Source of the DNA: Schizochytrium sp. TIO01
Lineage: Eukaryota; Protista; Bigyra: Labyrinthulomycetes
Assembly (NCBI GenBank): GCA_004764695.1
Contig: SMSO01000007.1
Coordinates: 2,177,270 to 2,241,269 of the forward strand
Length of the DNA: 64,000 bases
Direction: 5' to 3'
Shown here: positions 32,779 to 45,834 of the stretch, one piece after another
Layout: every line of letters begins with the position of its first letter
Numbering within the stretch: the first letter of the stretch is position 1
The notes under the pieces: model-generated
Seen by the model: the letters and a program-made list of their open reading frames with translations, nothing else
The model's database searches: none
What the model was told of the DNA's origin: nothing
Program-made: the position numbers and the translations under genes

Positions 32779-33759
32779 ATGGAGGCCTTCGGAAGGGGAC
32801 TTACTCGCGCATGCGCAGGACTCGCACGCACTCAGCAGCACCATGCACGTCTCAACATGAACTCTGGTCTTAAGACTGCTGCAAACACTAGCGTCTTCCG
32901 GAACTCCATGCCTGCTCTGACGCCCGCGACCCGCGTTGGCTTTGGCTGGCGTGGTCTTAGCAGCTCGACCGACGGTCTTCTGGCAGAGGACGAGATGCGC
33001 GTCAAGCTCGAGTACAAATTGCGCTTGGCTGGATCTGAGGAAATTTTGGATACCAGTGAGGGCCGCAGTCCCCTCGTCTTCATCTTGGGACGCCGCGAGG
33101 TGATTCCTGGTATTGAGGATGAGGTTCGCGGTATGCGCCCGGGTGAGAAGCGCAGTGAGGTCATGATTGCTCCTGAGATGGCTTACGGCGAGAAGGACGA
33201 ACGCAAGGTGGTCAAGATCCCACTCGATAGGCTCCCGGATGATGTCGAGGAGGGATCCCTTCTGCAGATGTCTACTGGCCAGCGTGTCAAGGTCCTCTCC
33301 GTCTTGAAGGAGGAAGAATCCGCTATGCTTGACCTCAACCACCCCCTTGCCGGCGAGACTCTTTGCTTTGACATCAGCGTTGTTGATGTCGAGCGCCTCC
33401 CGCCTGTTCGTGTAGATGTCACCAAGCCTGGTACCGGTACCATCACCCCCAACGTTGGCGACACTGTGACTATGCACTACACTGGCCGCATTCAGGGATC
33501 CGAGGAGCCTTTTGACTCCAGCCGTACCCGTGGCGAGCCCCTCACCTTTAACGCAGGTCACCGTCAACTCATCATTGGCCTTGACAACGCCATCATGTCC
33601 ATGACTGCCGGCGAGCAAGCGACCGTCCACCTCCCCAGTGTGCACGCTTACGGCGACCGCGAGGTCGGCAACGGCACGATCCCGGCCAACTCTGACCTTG
33701 TTTTTGAGGTAGAGATCCTCTCTGTCGAACCCTCCAACGCCGAGACCCCGGAGGCCTAA
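32779..33759 (+). CDS. Tandem FKBP-type peptidyl-prolyl isomerase: SlyD/FkpB-type domain plus FKBP12-type domain; probable mitochondrial presequence
   Basis: Domain 1: PLVFILG..VIPG..PEMAYGE..LDLNHPLAGETLCFDI. Domain 2: GDTVTMHYTG..FDSSR.RGEP..AYG..IPANSDLVFEVEIL. The N-terminus is Arg/Ala/Ser-rich and acid-poor. Strong C-ending codon bias. Confidence 0.92.
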   Translation: MEAFGRGLTRACAGLARTQQHHARLNMNSGLKTAANTSVFRNSMPALTPATRVGFGWRGLSSSTDGLLAEDEMRVKLEYKLRLAGSEEILDTSEGRSPLVFILGRREVIPGIEDEVRGMRPGEKRSEVMIAPEMAYGEKDERKVVKIPLDRLPDDVEEGSLLQMSTGQRVKVLSVLKEEESAMLDLNHPLAGETLCFDISVVDVERLPPVRVDVTKPGTGTITPNVGDTVTMHYTGRIQGSEEPFDSSRTRGEPLTFNAGHRQLIIGLDNAIMSMTAGEQATVHLPSVHAYGDREVGNGTIPANSDLVFEVEILSVEPSNAETPEA

Positions 33760-36700
33760 ACAATCCCAACAATTGCTTCGGTAACTTGCGTCCGTTCTAT
33801 AAAGTTTTGTAGAAATACGAGAGTAGAATTATCACTACCAACAGCACCATCTTCTTTATCATCATCTTAGTCAAGGGTGTCAAGCCCAACAACAGCAACG
33901 CACAAGATTCACAGGTAGTGTCGTTTTGAGGCGCTATTAATGCCGCATCTCAACAATACTCCAAGTACAACTGTCTCCTGACTTTCCCTCTCATTTGAGT
34001 TTCCACAGGGGGGAAGACCTAACTACCTTCCCATTTAATTTATGTCACGGTAAATGTCATGAATATCATTGCTTACACATTTTCATTTCTACACAAGCCA
34101 TTTGTTCCTCTTGCGTATTCCACCGAAAGGTATCATTTGATCATTATTTCCCATGCCGACCCATGCTTAGGTGGGAGCTGAAATCTTATTTCGCAAAATG
34201 TTGCGTTTTTCAAACAATGCATGCTTGACATATAAAATTGGAGACCTACGCCCTTTCTTTTCCTTCGCACTACCAAGCTGATATCCCTTGATACGTGGGA
34301 GTGAAGTGCGTTCAACTTGTCACAACGTGTATCAACTAACATAACTAACATCCTTACTGATAATTAAAGATTTTAGTTCAGGCTCGTAAGAGGAGGTTCC
34401 CTCAAATTGATAAATGATATTCCAGGAATTAGATAAATTAGACTTTGTTTAGTTTAGAGAGACACTCCAAGAAGACCAGTAATGTGTCTTAATCATATTG
34501 CATTCGCAAAAAGTCATCTAGTATTAAAAAAAGGGTTTTATAAAGGCAAGCCAAACTGAGAGTCATTCGCAAGAGGAGACGACAAGAAAAATGAAATCAG
34601 GTAAATGAGACAATCAGTTTTGAAAGATAAATCCATGCACGTAAGATAGTGGAGCGAATTTGTTCTAGATTCGCATGGACACAATGGCATATTGCCACTC
34701 AGTCTAGTTATGTGAAATTTCTCTAAAGTAGCTTTAAGTGAATCTATGATGCTGAATTGGATGTAGCCAAAACCTTTTACTAGACACAATTAGAAAAAGC
34801 GTCATATTAAATTCTCGTGCATCAAACATCTTACAACACAGACTGCACGCCACTGGCAAATCCTGGCTAGCCCATATGATCCCTATATCACAAACGTCCT
34901 TTACGTGTTAATCAGATTTCACCTTGAATAGCAAAGAAAGTAGTTTAGAAATTGATTCTTATGCTTTGAATGGACCACCTCGGAGATGCTAAAGGTTTCA
35001 TTGTGTTCTACGCAAGTTAATCTTTTGCTGCAGGGGAAAGTGTAGTCACTTTACACGTAATGTACTTGCAGATAATGACGAGCAAGCTAAACGAGTGAAC
35101 AAGCATAGGGAATTTATACGAGCACAGCCCCAACTCAATCTCGCGTAATCAAAAAATTGATTCAAAACAGTATCAAAACAATAGAATGGAGGAGATATAA
35201 AATGCGTTCTCTGTAAGTTTTTGAAGAAACAAATGAAATCAGATTAAACCACTACCAGTCCCTGAAGTGAGGTTTGGATTTATTCAGGTAAAGTAGGTCG
35301 TAGTGTTGGATTTGGTGCAGTCAGAAATGAGGTTCGAAGCATAGTAGGAGTAAGGGTAGAGGGTATTGGAATACCTGTTGAAGATGGAGCAACAGAAATA
35401 TAAATCTCATTCAAGAGTGAATTATCTACTGAAGGTTTCACTACTTTAACAATACATGAGTACTTCTCTCAATGTCTTTCGCCAAAAATAGTCAACATTA
35501 TCTAAGACATAAAAAGACTAAAGGTGGACTTGAAAGATCATCAAATAGCCATCATCCATTAAATTTACTGCTTCATTAAAAACTGCTCGACAACAAAATT
35601 GAAAAACACATGAAGAAAATTGCTCAAAAAAATGAGTACCATTCACCTTGAAGTCCAATGGAAACTCACATGAACAGTAATATAAGAGACAAAGCAAGAT
35701 AAATTATCCAGCGGACTCACTAGATATACCCATCGCTACTACCATCACACCCATCAAAGTAAGGAAAATTCACGCCGATATATGTCAGAGAGTAATAAGA
35801 AGTGATAGCTATTTGCAAATTGCAAATATAGGATGTTGATCGTCAGTCACCCTCGTTAACTACTCATCCATAATCTGCAGAAGCCTCTGATCCTGTTGCA
35901 AGTGCCCACCCCAGAATATTTTGAAAACATGGCGAGTAGCTCAGATATATTATCTCGACCACTACAGAATATATATATTATCATCCATAAGAAGTCTACC
36001 AGCTAGAAATTCCGAAGTACTTGACATTACACCGGAGCGCGAGCATGAGGTGCATCCAGCTATAGATAATCGCAAGAAATCGAAACGCACATGGACAAGA
36101 AAATATATGGATAAAGGAGAAGCAAAAGTAAGTGGGTGGATTGATAACATGTTGACACCGCACATTGGTTTCATTTCTTTTGTGTGTATGTAATTGTTTT
36201 TGGTTTTCATAATGGTTGCTTGTGTTATGTTGGTTGGGAGAGATGAACAGAAGAAAAAAGAAGGTATGGAAAAGGGAGGGCTTGGTTGAAGCAAAGAGGA
36301 CGGAGCATCCGGGTATCTTTTCTACAAGAGAAGGATGAGGAGTAAGAGGCGTCCAAGCGCTCCTGCACCGCTGATAGCCAACCGCAGCCTCTTCCGCGCG
36401 CACAAATGCCGCGTCATTCAGCCAATCATTCGCCGATGATCGCCAGCGTTGCGCGGAACTGCGACTGCAGCTGAGTTTATTGAGTAAAAGTAAGTAAGTT
36501 AGACGTAAGTAAGTAGATAAAGCAAGCACATGAGCGATAAGAACATGAGCAGGGAAGTAAGTAACAGATACGGAGACTCGGAGCGAGTCTGTACTATCTC
36601 CGCGGCGCCGCAAAGACGTTGATCTAGGCCACCATAGTCTGAGACTTTGAGTCCTGCAGACACTCGCTCGCTTGCAGCATGTAGAGGAAAGAGTTGCTGT

Positions 36701-36916
36701 CGTCGTAGAGATAAAGAAGAAGTTGTACACCTGCCGGCGTCCGCTCGAAATTTGAATTTTTACTATTCACATTTTAAACGAAACGAGCCGTCTTTCCGAG
36801 CACGTTCGCTCAAAGGTCGAGCGGAGCGGCGGCAGGGGGTGAAGAACGAGAGAGGGAGAGAGGGAGAGAGAGAATAGAGGCTCTGTCTCGGTGCGGGCCT
36901 GAGCGTCAGGCCAGGC

Positions 36917-37132
36917 TTATCCGCAGCAGCCGCCGCCGGTCTTGCGGACCTGCACGAAGGGGTTATTTGGGGACTTGGCCACGAGCATGTCGTAGCTCTC
37001 GTTCTCCCGCACGTACTTTGCAATCTCCTCGCAGCGCTCGCTCGTGGTCTGTGCGTTACGAATCAGCTTCAGCTCCGACTCCAGAGCGCGGAGCTCCTCG
37101 TTCAACGACTTCATGTCGCGCCCCATCGGCAT
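36917..37132 (-). CDS. Heterotrimeric G-protein gamma subunit (GGL domain), 71 aa
   Basis: N-terminal coiled coil (LNEELRALESEL), S..CEEIAKYV, D.L, NPF motif and terminal Gly-Cys tail. Strongly biased codons. Confidence 0.8.
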   Translation of the reverse strand: MPMGRDMKSLNEELRALESELKLIRNAQTTSERCEEIAKYVRENESYDMLVAKSPNNPFVQVRKTGGGCCG

Positions 37133-37937
37133 CGTGCCTTCGCTCGCTCGATCGCCGACCGAAAGAAAGAAACTAAGGCGCTCCTCCGTCTCCTATTCCA
37201 GGTTTGCTTTCCTTTTCGCCCTCTCTCCCTCTCTCTCCTCTGCCCTCCTTTCCTCCCTTTCCCTCTCTCTTTCTTTCCTTTCTTCTTTCCTTTCTCGCGC
37301 CCCTTTTCCTTTCCCCCCTCACACCACACTGCCTTTCTCCCTCTCCTTCCCTCCTTCATGCACCCCTGTGTGGACTTACTTTATCATTGTTTACTTTCCA
37401 CTTCTTTCAATGTTAAAGGAAAGAGGAAGAAGAAGAAAGAAAGAAACACTAAGTACGAAGTTAAAAGCATTCTTGATTAAACAAAACAAAACAAAACAAA
37501 ACAAAAGAAGAAAAAAAATGAAAAGAATGAAAAGAATGAAAATAACTTAATCTAAGAAGGAAAACTATTATTTTGTGTCCTCGTGTGCTCTTCTTCGCAG
37601 TCGATACGCGGTGGCTTTCGTTTATCCCACCCAGACAAAGCAGAAGCGGAGAAAGGAAACGAAGGGCTTTCGCCCTCTTCTCCCTTCACCCGAGCGTCCA
37701 CAGAGAGAGGAGGCACACCGCCAGTGGGCCTGTGAGGGGCGCGGGCGTGTGCGCGCAACAAATGAAAGCTGAGAGAAAGAAGAACAAAAGAAAAAGACAG
37801 CACGCACGCAGAGAGAAAGAGAGAAAGAAAGAGAGAGAGAGAGAAAGTCGCTCTTCCACTTTCCATTTTTAATGGATCAACCAAAAGTCAGGCATGATGT
37901 GCGAAGAAGAGGGCCAGATTGCCTGTCTTTCTGCATG

Positions 37938-37947
37938 CCTGCCTGCC

Positions 37948-37990
<43 letters not shown>

Positions 37991-38784
37991 GTTCTGGCGG
38001 AGCTGCCAGCAAGCTCGCGGAGGCACCTTCTGAGGCGCCTGTCCTGTCTGCCCTGTTTTAGGCAGACTGACTTGTCTCCTGAGGTTTTCTTTTTCCTTTC
38101 TTTTCACTGCGCACACTCACACCCTCTTTCTTTTTCCTTTTAAAACTGGTAACGCTAGGAGTCCACTACCTGATCAATACATGCACACGGAGTCAACGTT
38201 GTCAGTCAGTAATCATTTGTTTAGCTGGCAGCTTAGTGAGTTAGTTACCTCTGGAGTTAGTCGATTCCGAAATGATGATGAGGTATCATCTTCTTATCTA
38301 CCTTTTCCTGTAGCCGCCTCTCCATTGACTTTTTCAAATGATAATTAAACAAGTAATCGTAGATATATATATATATATATATATACATACATACGAGTGT
38401 GCATATGTATATATATATATGCCTAACAGACGAAGAAAGGTTTCCCAGCCTAATAGAAAGTACTTAGCGTCGATTTCTTTTTCTTCCTCGCTCAATAAAT
38501 AGCGAGAGTTCTTTCGTCTTTGCGCTGTGTGCTGATTGGCCGGTTACTTCGGCAGCCAGCAGCGGCACGCGTGCAGGTGAGACCGGGCGCTCGTGCGTCT
38601 GGGCAGGCCGTGCAGCAGCAGAGGATACCTGCTTGCTCGCTTGCTCGCTCGCTTGCTTGCTTGCTTGCTTGCTTGCTCGCTGGCCTCTGCTGCCGCTCGG
38701 TTACCTTCTTTTCGGGCCTTTCCGCTCTGTGTTATAAAATATGCGATGAATCAGGTCGAAAGCATAGTCAAACAATCAACTTTG

Positions 38785-38837
<53 letters not shown>
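37938..38837. repeat. Microsatellite cluster (CTGT ~37938-37990, TA ~38363-38420, CTTG ~38630-38680, ATCA ~38786-38837)
   Basis: Read directly from the sequence. Confidence 0.85.
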
Positions 38838-40496
38838 CTTCGATCGATCTTGAAATACTTCGTTCTCCACCATTCCACAACTACTCAATCGAAATCAACT
38901 CATTCGAAGTCAACTTTGGAGAGGAGGTAAGTACCTACTACTACTTGCTTACTAGCTACTTAGCTATATCCTAGCTACTACTTCTACGTTGGAGAAAGCC
39001 ATCGAAAGGAAGAGAAGGCCGCCTTCTCTGCCTTATCTACTGTGAGTAAGTAAGTCCTGGATTCTTTCTTCCTTCGCAGATGTTCCTCTACGAGAGCGTG
39101 CTACTACCTACTACCTGCCTGCCTATCTTTCTTGTTCCTAGTTAGCTGGTTTCGTAGACCCCTGAGAACAGAGAACAGCGATGCCTCCTCCTCTTGTTGG
39201 CATGTATGTATCTATCTATGAATGTATTATGTATGCATGTGCATCCATCGTCGTGCTTGCTTCGTGGTGGTCTCCACCATCGCGAACGATAGTAATTCAC
39301 AGAGCAATACACAAGTTGACACGGGCGATTGTCCAGGTGCTAGCTAGCTAGCTAGCTAGCCAGCTGGTATCTGGGTACTGCGGAAAGAGATGGAGAACGG
39401 AGCCATTGGCGATGGCTGAGAGACTCACCGCTGACCTCGTTATCGTTCCACAGTAGCGCAAAGGAGCCCCAAGTGGCTTATAGCCGCTATAACCGACTGA
39501 GTTCGATGATACTCCACTGTAAGCGGCGATAATTCACTTGCGCCTGATCGGTGCCTTCAGCAGAGTAACCCCCCTTGCGGGAGCCTACCGTCACATAGTA
39601 GACTCCTACCCGTGGCCAACCCTCGCTGGCGTGCACGAGCGCGTGAAACTACCTATACCTACCTACCTACCTACCTGCCAGTGCTATCCTAGCTCAGTTT
39701 CCACGATTGAGCAGTTCTCTTCGAGCTGGAGCTGCCTCTCGCAGTAGCGGCGCCCAGACCACGCCCTCAGGCGAGGCCTCCACACGGCCTGCCTCGGCCT
39801 GAAGTAGCTAGCTAGCTATCTGGCGTGGCCGCCTGCAGCACGCCGGCGGCAGCGCACAGGACGCTACGAAAGAAGGTGTGCACCACGTAGTACTTGTATG
39901 TGTACGATAAACGCGAAAACTCTGCTTGCAAAAAAAAAAGAAATTTAGATGAAGTAGCTTAGAATCATTTAGGTACCAATGAATCTAAGGAGGGAGAAGG
40001 TGGAAAAAAAAATAAAAATTTTTAAATATTTAATTATAATTTGTTTTTTTAAATGCGCAGTTAAAAGTTTTTCTATCCGACGTTTACACATGTTGAAAAG
40101 AAGGGAACTCGCCAGGAAGGCAATGGAAACAGACACCCAGAGGCGCACTGAGGGGACGAAGCACATCAATTTGGCCAGGCTCCTCACATCAAGCTATGCC
40201 CCTCCACTAGCACTGAAGACCCTCTGAGAGATCGTATTTTGAAAGCTGTCAGTAGGGTCTACTTGTAGACGTCACGAGGAGAGAGATCATCAGTGGTGTT
40301 GGGAGGAGTGCTGTGCGTCGCGTGTGAGGCGAGGAAGAAGCTTCCTTAGGTATAGGCAATTATGTACTGTATTATTGCTAAGAGAATAACTTCAAAGTCG
40401 CGCACACCTGAAGTCGGTCTCCCTCGTAGTGCTTTTCCGTAGGTAGCGTCTAACCACGGCGCAGTACGTACTCTTCCTTTAGCCTAGGAGTAGCTA

Positions 40497-40514
40497 GTAA
40501 GTAAGTAAGTAAGT

Positions 40515-40557
<43 letters not shown>
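40497..40557. repeat. (TAAG)n microsatellite
   Basis: Read directly from the sequence. Confidence 0.92.
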
Positions 40558-40558
<1 letters not shown>

Positions 40559-40724
40559 TGGATTTATGGATTATAATTTGACTCCACCTGGGTCGGAGAT
40601 TGTGTAGTGACAATGACAGCGCCAAAAGGAAACTGTCCGCTCGCGTGCCCTTTGCATTGGAGATGAGGGAAGAGTGGCCAGTCTTCACCTCGCTGGGGAT
40701 GATGGTGACGGCGGTGATGATACT

Positions 40725-41029
40725 GTTTGTTTATTTATGTATTTGTTTATTTATTTACTTATTTATTTATGTATTTGTTTATTTATTTACTTATTTATTT
40801 ATTTATTTATTTGTTTGTTTGTTTGTTTGTTTGTTTGTTTGTTTGTTTGTTTGTTTGTTTGTTTGTTTGTTTGTTTGTTTGTTTGTTTGTTTGTTTGTTT
40901 GTTTGTTTGTTTGTTTGTTTGTTTGTTTGTTTGTTTGTTTGTTTGTTTGTTTGTTTGTTTGTTTGTTTGCTTGTTTGCTTGTTTGCTTGTTTGCTTGTTT
41001 GCTTGTTTGCTTGTTTGTTTATTTGTTTG
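40725..41029 (-). repeat. Long (GTTT)n microsatellite (AAAC on the - strand) flanked by ATTT and GTTTGCTT variants
   Basis: Read directly from the sequence. Confidence 0.97.
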
Positions 41030-44000
41030 AAGATTCATACAGGGAGAGCCCGCTTTGCGTAGTAATCCCACCTCTGGCGTTGCATCAAATGGGCTGGTAT
41101 TAAAATAGCAAAACAAAACAAAACAAACAAAACAGCGGTGTGTGAGGGTCCTCTGGCGTTGCGGGATAGAGGGAGCTGAGAGTAGCTGAAGGGAGGAGTC
41201 CACTTATTGAATATTGGGCGCTACTCTGAGCATCACTGGGGGTTTTGTTATGTGCACGGTCTCAGTGGGCATTGGTTAAGGGATGAGGAAAGTTGGACAG
41301 GGTCTTTGAGCTGTGGTGAGCGCTTGTCTGCTTTATAGCTTGGTTAGCAAGCACCTACTAACTAACTAACTAGCTAACTAGCTAGCTAACTAACTAACTA
41401 ACTACTGTTGACTGATTGACGACTGAGCTCTTTTCGATGAAGGCTGGCACGTGCAGATCTCTTGAAAGAAGGTTAGTTAATGCCTTCTGTCTCAGTATGC
41501 GAAAGTGCTCCTCTGCGAGACAACTTTGACTTCGTTTTATAATGGAGTTTGATGGCTTTGTAAATCAACGTCCGTATAATCTGCCAGGAGCTGAAAGTCT
41601 GCTCGTGAGTCGATGTGGCCGATGCTTCGAGCTACATTGCGCGCTTGCACCAAGTTGCACATATCGCTTTGGGCTTTCACAAGCGCTTGTGCACCCAAAT
41701 GCAGAATGACTTCTGTCCAAGTTCCATAAAAACTACCTAAACAGTTTATTTATTATTCATTATTATTATTGTTGTTTTAGATGTTAAAATAATTAGAAAC
41801 GTTTTAAAATGTTTCTACCTACTAACTTGAAAATTTATTGACGAAAAGAGAAGAAAAAGAAAAAGAGAAAAACTTCAAAAATAGTGTTGTGCACAACATT
41901 CAATTCGACTCATGAATGTTTCTCAGTCGGATTGCCACGAGGTACACATCAAGCGAGACGGCCTTCAAGTTCCCCGACGATGAACTTGATATTGCACAAT
42001 CCTGAAAGAAAACTTAGGTTACAACGTAATACATCCAACCATGGCATGCCATCATGGTCCCATACTGAACCAAGCTAGAAAGAAATCTGAGCGATTTAAT
42101 TAATTCGACGACGTGAGGCATAAAGGTGGCGAGATAGATTCACGGCGGTCCTCCCCGAAACGCGAAATATCATCTAGCTCAAAGCTCGTTCCAAGCCGGG
42201 CCGAGACATTATTAGCGCTTTACAGTTGGCTCTGCTGCGAACCGCGAGGTTGGCCGCTGCCAAACCATCAGTTATTGTCAAACTATTACCTGCAGAGTTT
42301 GTGCATGAGCTGCTACCAATCTAAGCCTTGAAGAGGTTGAACTCCAGTGGGTGTGCACTGCCGACACTCCTGACTTTTCGTCTTGAAAACCTTAAGGCTG
42401 CGTGCTAGTAGAAGTAGATGCAGCAATGCTCTCAAAGATTCTCATCCTCTTGGGTCAGAAACAAGTTTCTTTCCTAAGACCACGATGTCCAAAATCATCT
42501 CTTTAAGACTTCAGCAGTTCCAGTCGTGTGGGTCCGGCTTGAAGGCTGGGCACACTGCACCCACAAACCTGTTTACACAGAATTTTTAATATTAGGCGAT
42601 TTGAAGTCCAAAGTCCAGCCTGGATTTCATAAAACCCTCGCTATTGGACGCGCGCACGCACACACACATAGCTACAGACAGTGTCAGACTTAAAGCTCGA
42701 GTCGCTGGTAGGTAAACCCATTAGTCTTGATGTTGGACATGTTGAAACGAGGTAATAAAGCACAATTTCAATATATGCCGCGCTTCACCAGGGAAGTAAC
42801 CTTCTAGTAGTGGCGGTATATAATCCATTAGAATTTACTATAAGCTACACATCACAACTGAAGATGGAGTACAGCGCAGCTGCGCGTGCACCAATTACTA
42901 GATGGTAATCAACCAAATACTACTTAGAGTAGACAACTTCCACATTTATGAATGGCATGGTACACACGCTAGTATTCACATTGAAAAAAATAGTTTGGTT
43001 TGTTTTACTTTAAATGGATTGCGCTGCTTATTCTAGGTTTACTTGCGCAGCGCACGGAAAGGAGGCCACGCCCTATCCAGTACCTTGTATATTCTGGCAA
43101 AACAAGGGTAGGTACCTACTTATTCAGATAATGGCTTGCCAGTGTCATTGGTATCTCAGCATAATTCATCTCTGCCAGTAACTTACTCAGTGTACATGTT
43201 AGGGTTGATATCAGCAAACTAAAAAGTTCATGAAACTAACGTTCGCGAAATTCACAAGAATTGGAACCTTGGAACCCCGAACTAGCGATGATAGACAAAT
43301 CCAAATGGCAAGTTAGCTCCAAGCTCAACTTGGGCCTGGGCTATATGAGAAAATCTGAATAAATCACAACCTACAGAAGCGCTCACACAATTATATTTGC
43401 GAGCATGATCCAGTAACCTGGCAAAATGTTTATCCTGAAGATGGGAAGCCTATACATGCGAGCGGAGAAGAAACAGGTGCTAACAGCCTTTGATAGAATC
43501 AGCTGAGGGAACGAACATCCACCACGTCGATCTCGATGGGGATGTTGATTCATACTGTATCTTTTTGTTTCTAACTAGACGTTCTTCATAGTCTGACAAC
43601 CGTGACTTCTTTACGCAGCTCATTGTTATCACAGGGGGGGGGGGGTCAGATTATATGTAAGAGAGAATTGCCAGCTCGAAGTCTGTAATCTTGCTTTCAA
43701 ATCATTTTTATCACTTTCCTGACACCGTCTTCTCACACCAAATTTAAGGCGCTCGAAAATTCGAGCAATTGTCTTCAATCTACTGTCCATCCTGTCTCGC
43801 GTGATAGCTGCTGTTATATAGATAGAATCTCACAAACTAGCTTTGTCAAAAACGCATGCTTAACAACAATAATGAAAACACATTAGGAAACCAATGTGTC
43901 CTCCCTTCCTCGACCCTACACAGACATAATACCAACATCCACTAGGACCCTGCTATTCAATCTAGTTTGGTGAGCTCCATTAATTGCAAGGTTCTACCCT

Positions 44001-45834
44001 GAAAAAGCATCGCGGCAGCCTCCTCTTCTTCACATTGTGGAACAAAAGCTGGAGAGTAAGTTTGAGGATCCTTTGAAAAGAAACAAACTATAGTCAAGAT
44101 GCAAGGAATTAACTTTCCTTTCAAGTAAGCGTGGAAGCTCTGCAGAAAATTTTCAAGCACATTTGAAAATGCGAACTGATGTTCAATTAGGAATCCCTCT
44201 TTCTAAAGCGATATGGCGCTCAAAACCTCCTCGAGCTCACTCTATTTTGCGGGATGCAAGGCCTTCTATATCTAAACATCAAGGTTATTCCTGAGGTCGA
44301 CATTTAAACAAGAAATGGTCAGAATTAATCGCACGCTACAGTAGGCCTTCATGGATATAGTATGCGTAACAAGAGCATCCGCCGACCAGATCTGTGACGA
44401 GAAAAGCGACGTCATCTATCATTGAAAGCCTACATCAAACTTCAATAGAATACAACAGGTTAGAGTTGACTTGATAATTAACATGATGAAGCGATCTTTC
44501 ATCTTTAAGTTGATGAAATTCAGATCGTGCACGTTGAGTATATTGAAAATAAGATGAGTTCACCTACCTTAAAGTCTTTTGCGAGGTCAGCAGATTGACG
44601 AATAGAAAAATGAAATATCTTAAAAGTCTCCTTATACTGTCTTCAAACTTTCACATATCTTGTCTTCATCTTGTAGTCATCTTTTCCTGAATTAAAAGCC
44701 TGGTATTTGGCCGATAGAACTCGCATCTTCTAATACAACAATTGTCTCCACAACTTAGTTGATGCAAGCATTCCTCATAGATCTGAGCATTGTATCATCT
44801 TTGAAAGGATGCACTACAATAAGTAACTATTGTCAGCCAGAGGTAGCTGGGGGTTACCTTGTTTGAACACATTTATATGATGTTCTTGATACATGCGCAT
44901 CGCCGATCAATATAAATGTGAAGCATTCTGTATTGAATTAAGATATACAAACATTACGAATTGTAGAGGATGTCAGCAATATAACTCTTGAGATGTGCAT
45001 TTAGAATGGTACTGGACAAGACGGATCTGGTCAGCTAGAGGTCGACTATAAAGATGAAGGCAAGAAGCTTGTAGAAGAATTGATACTTTGGCTTCAAGAG
45101 TTAATGATATGTTGTCTATGAAAAGAAATCCAGAGCAGACTGATTTGTGTCACAATGAGGAGACTAGGACAAATTTGATCAGGACTGGACACAATGGAAG
45201 AGGTTAAATTAACTCGTCTCTTCATCCATCAATTTGGATTCTCCATTCTTTTGCCAGCGATTACGTAACTCTGTGCTTGGTCTTGAAATGTGCGAATTTA
45301 CTTCCGCGCATTTGATTGCCTAAATTCAAGTCCAATCCTATGCAAGTCTCGGGCTGACCCTTAGCGGGCTTACAATGGCACACCAAGGACGCTAGCAGTA
45401 TCTTCATCGCATGTATCTTCAATTGGTGATCTCAGTATACCCGATTCAACGAACTCAAAAAGTGAATTTCATATAGCTCATGAGCATATGTTTGGTACAA
45501 TTTACTTTGTTAAGATTAAGTTTTCAGGTGTAACAGCGCAATTATAAATATCATAAGATACTCTTTTGGTGCATTTGGTAAAATTATATTATCTTCTTTT
45601 GTTATGGCTGTTGCAAAGAAGCAGCATTGTGGTTATCCAAGAAATTAGTATCATATTAAAGTAAAATGAAACTTTATTAAAGAGCAAACTAGAAATACAC
45701 TATACCTCACCAATCCGGGTAGTGGAAATGCGTAAACAAACTCCCTACCAACGATTGTGCCCAAAAATGGTTGCTAGTCAACCTAGTAAGTACATGGATG
45801 TGAAAAAGTGGAATTGAAGAAGCGTTAAAAATGA

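Noticed and set aside
32719-33645. 308-aa antisense ORF over the FKBP gene
   Set aside because: Shadow ORF expected from the strong codon bias of the sense gene; non-ATG start and no motifs.
35996-36730. 244-aa ORF downstream of G-gamma
   Set aside because: GTG start, low-complexity UTR-like composition, crosses TTAC repeats, no motifs.
44702-45268. Protein-looking interrupted frame on the + strand
   Set aside because: Mixed TAA/TAG/TGA stops at near-random density and no recognisable motif.
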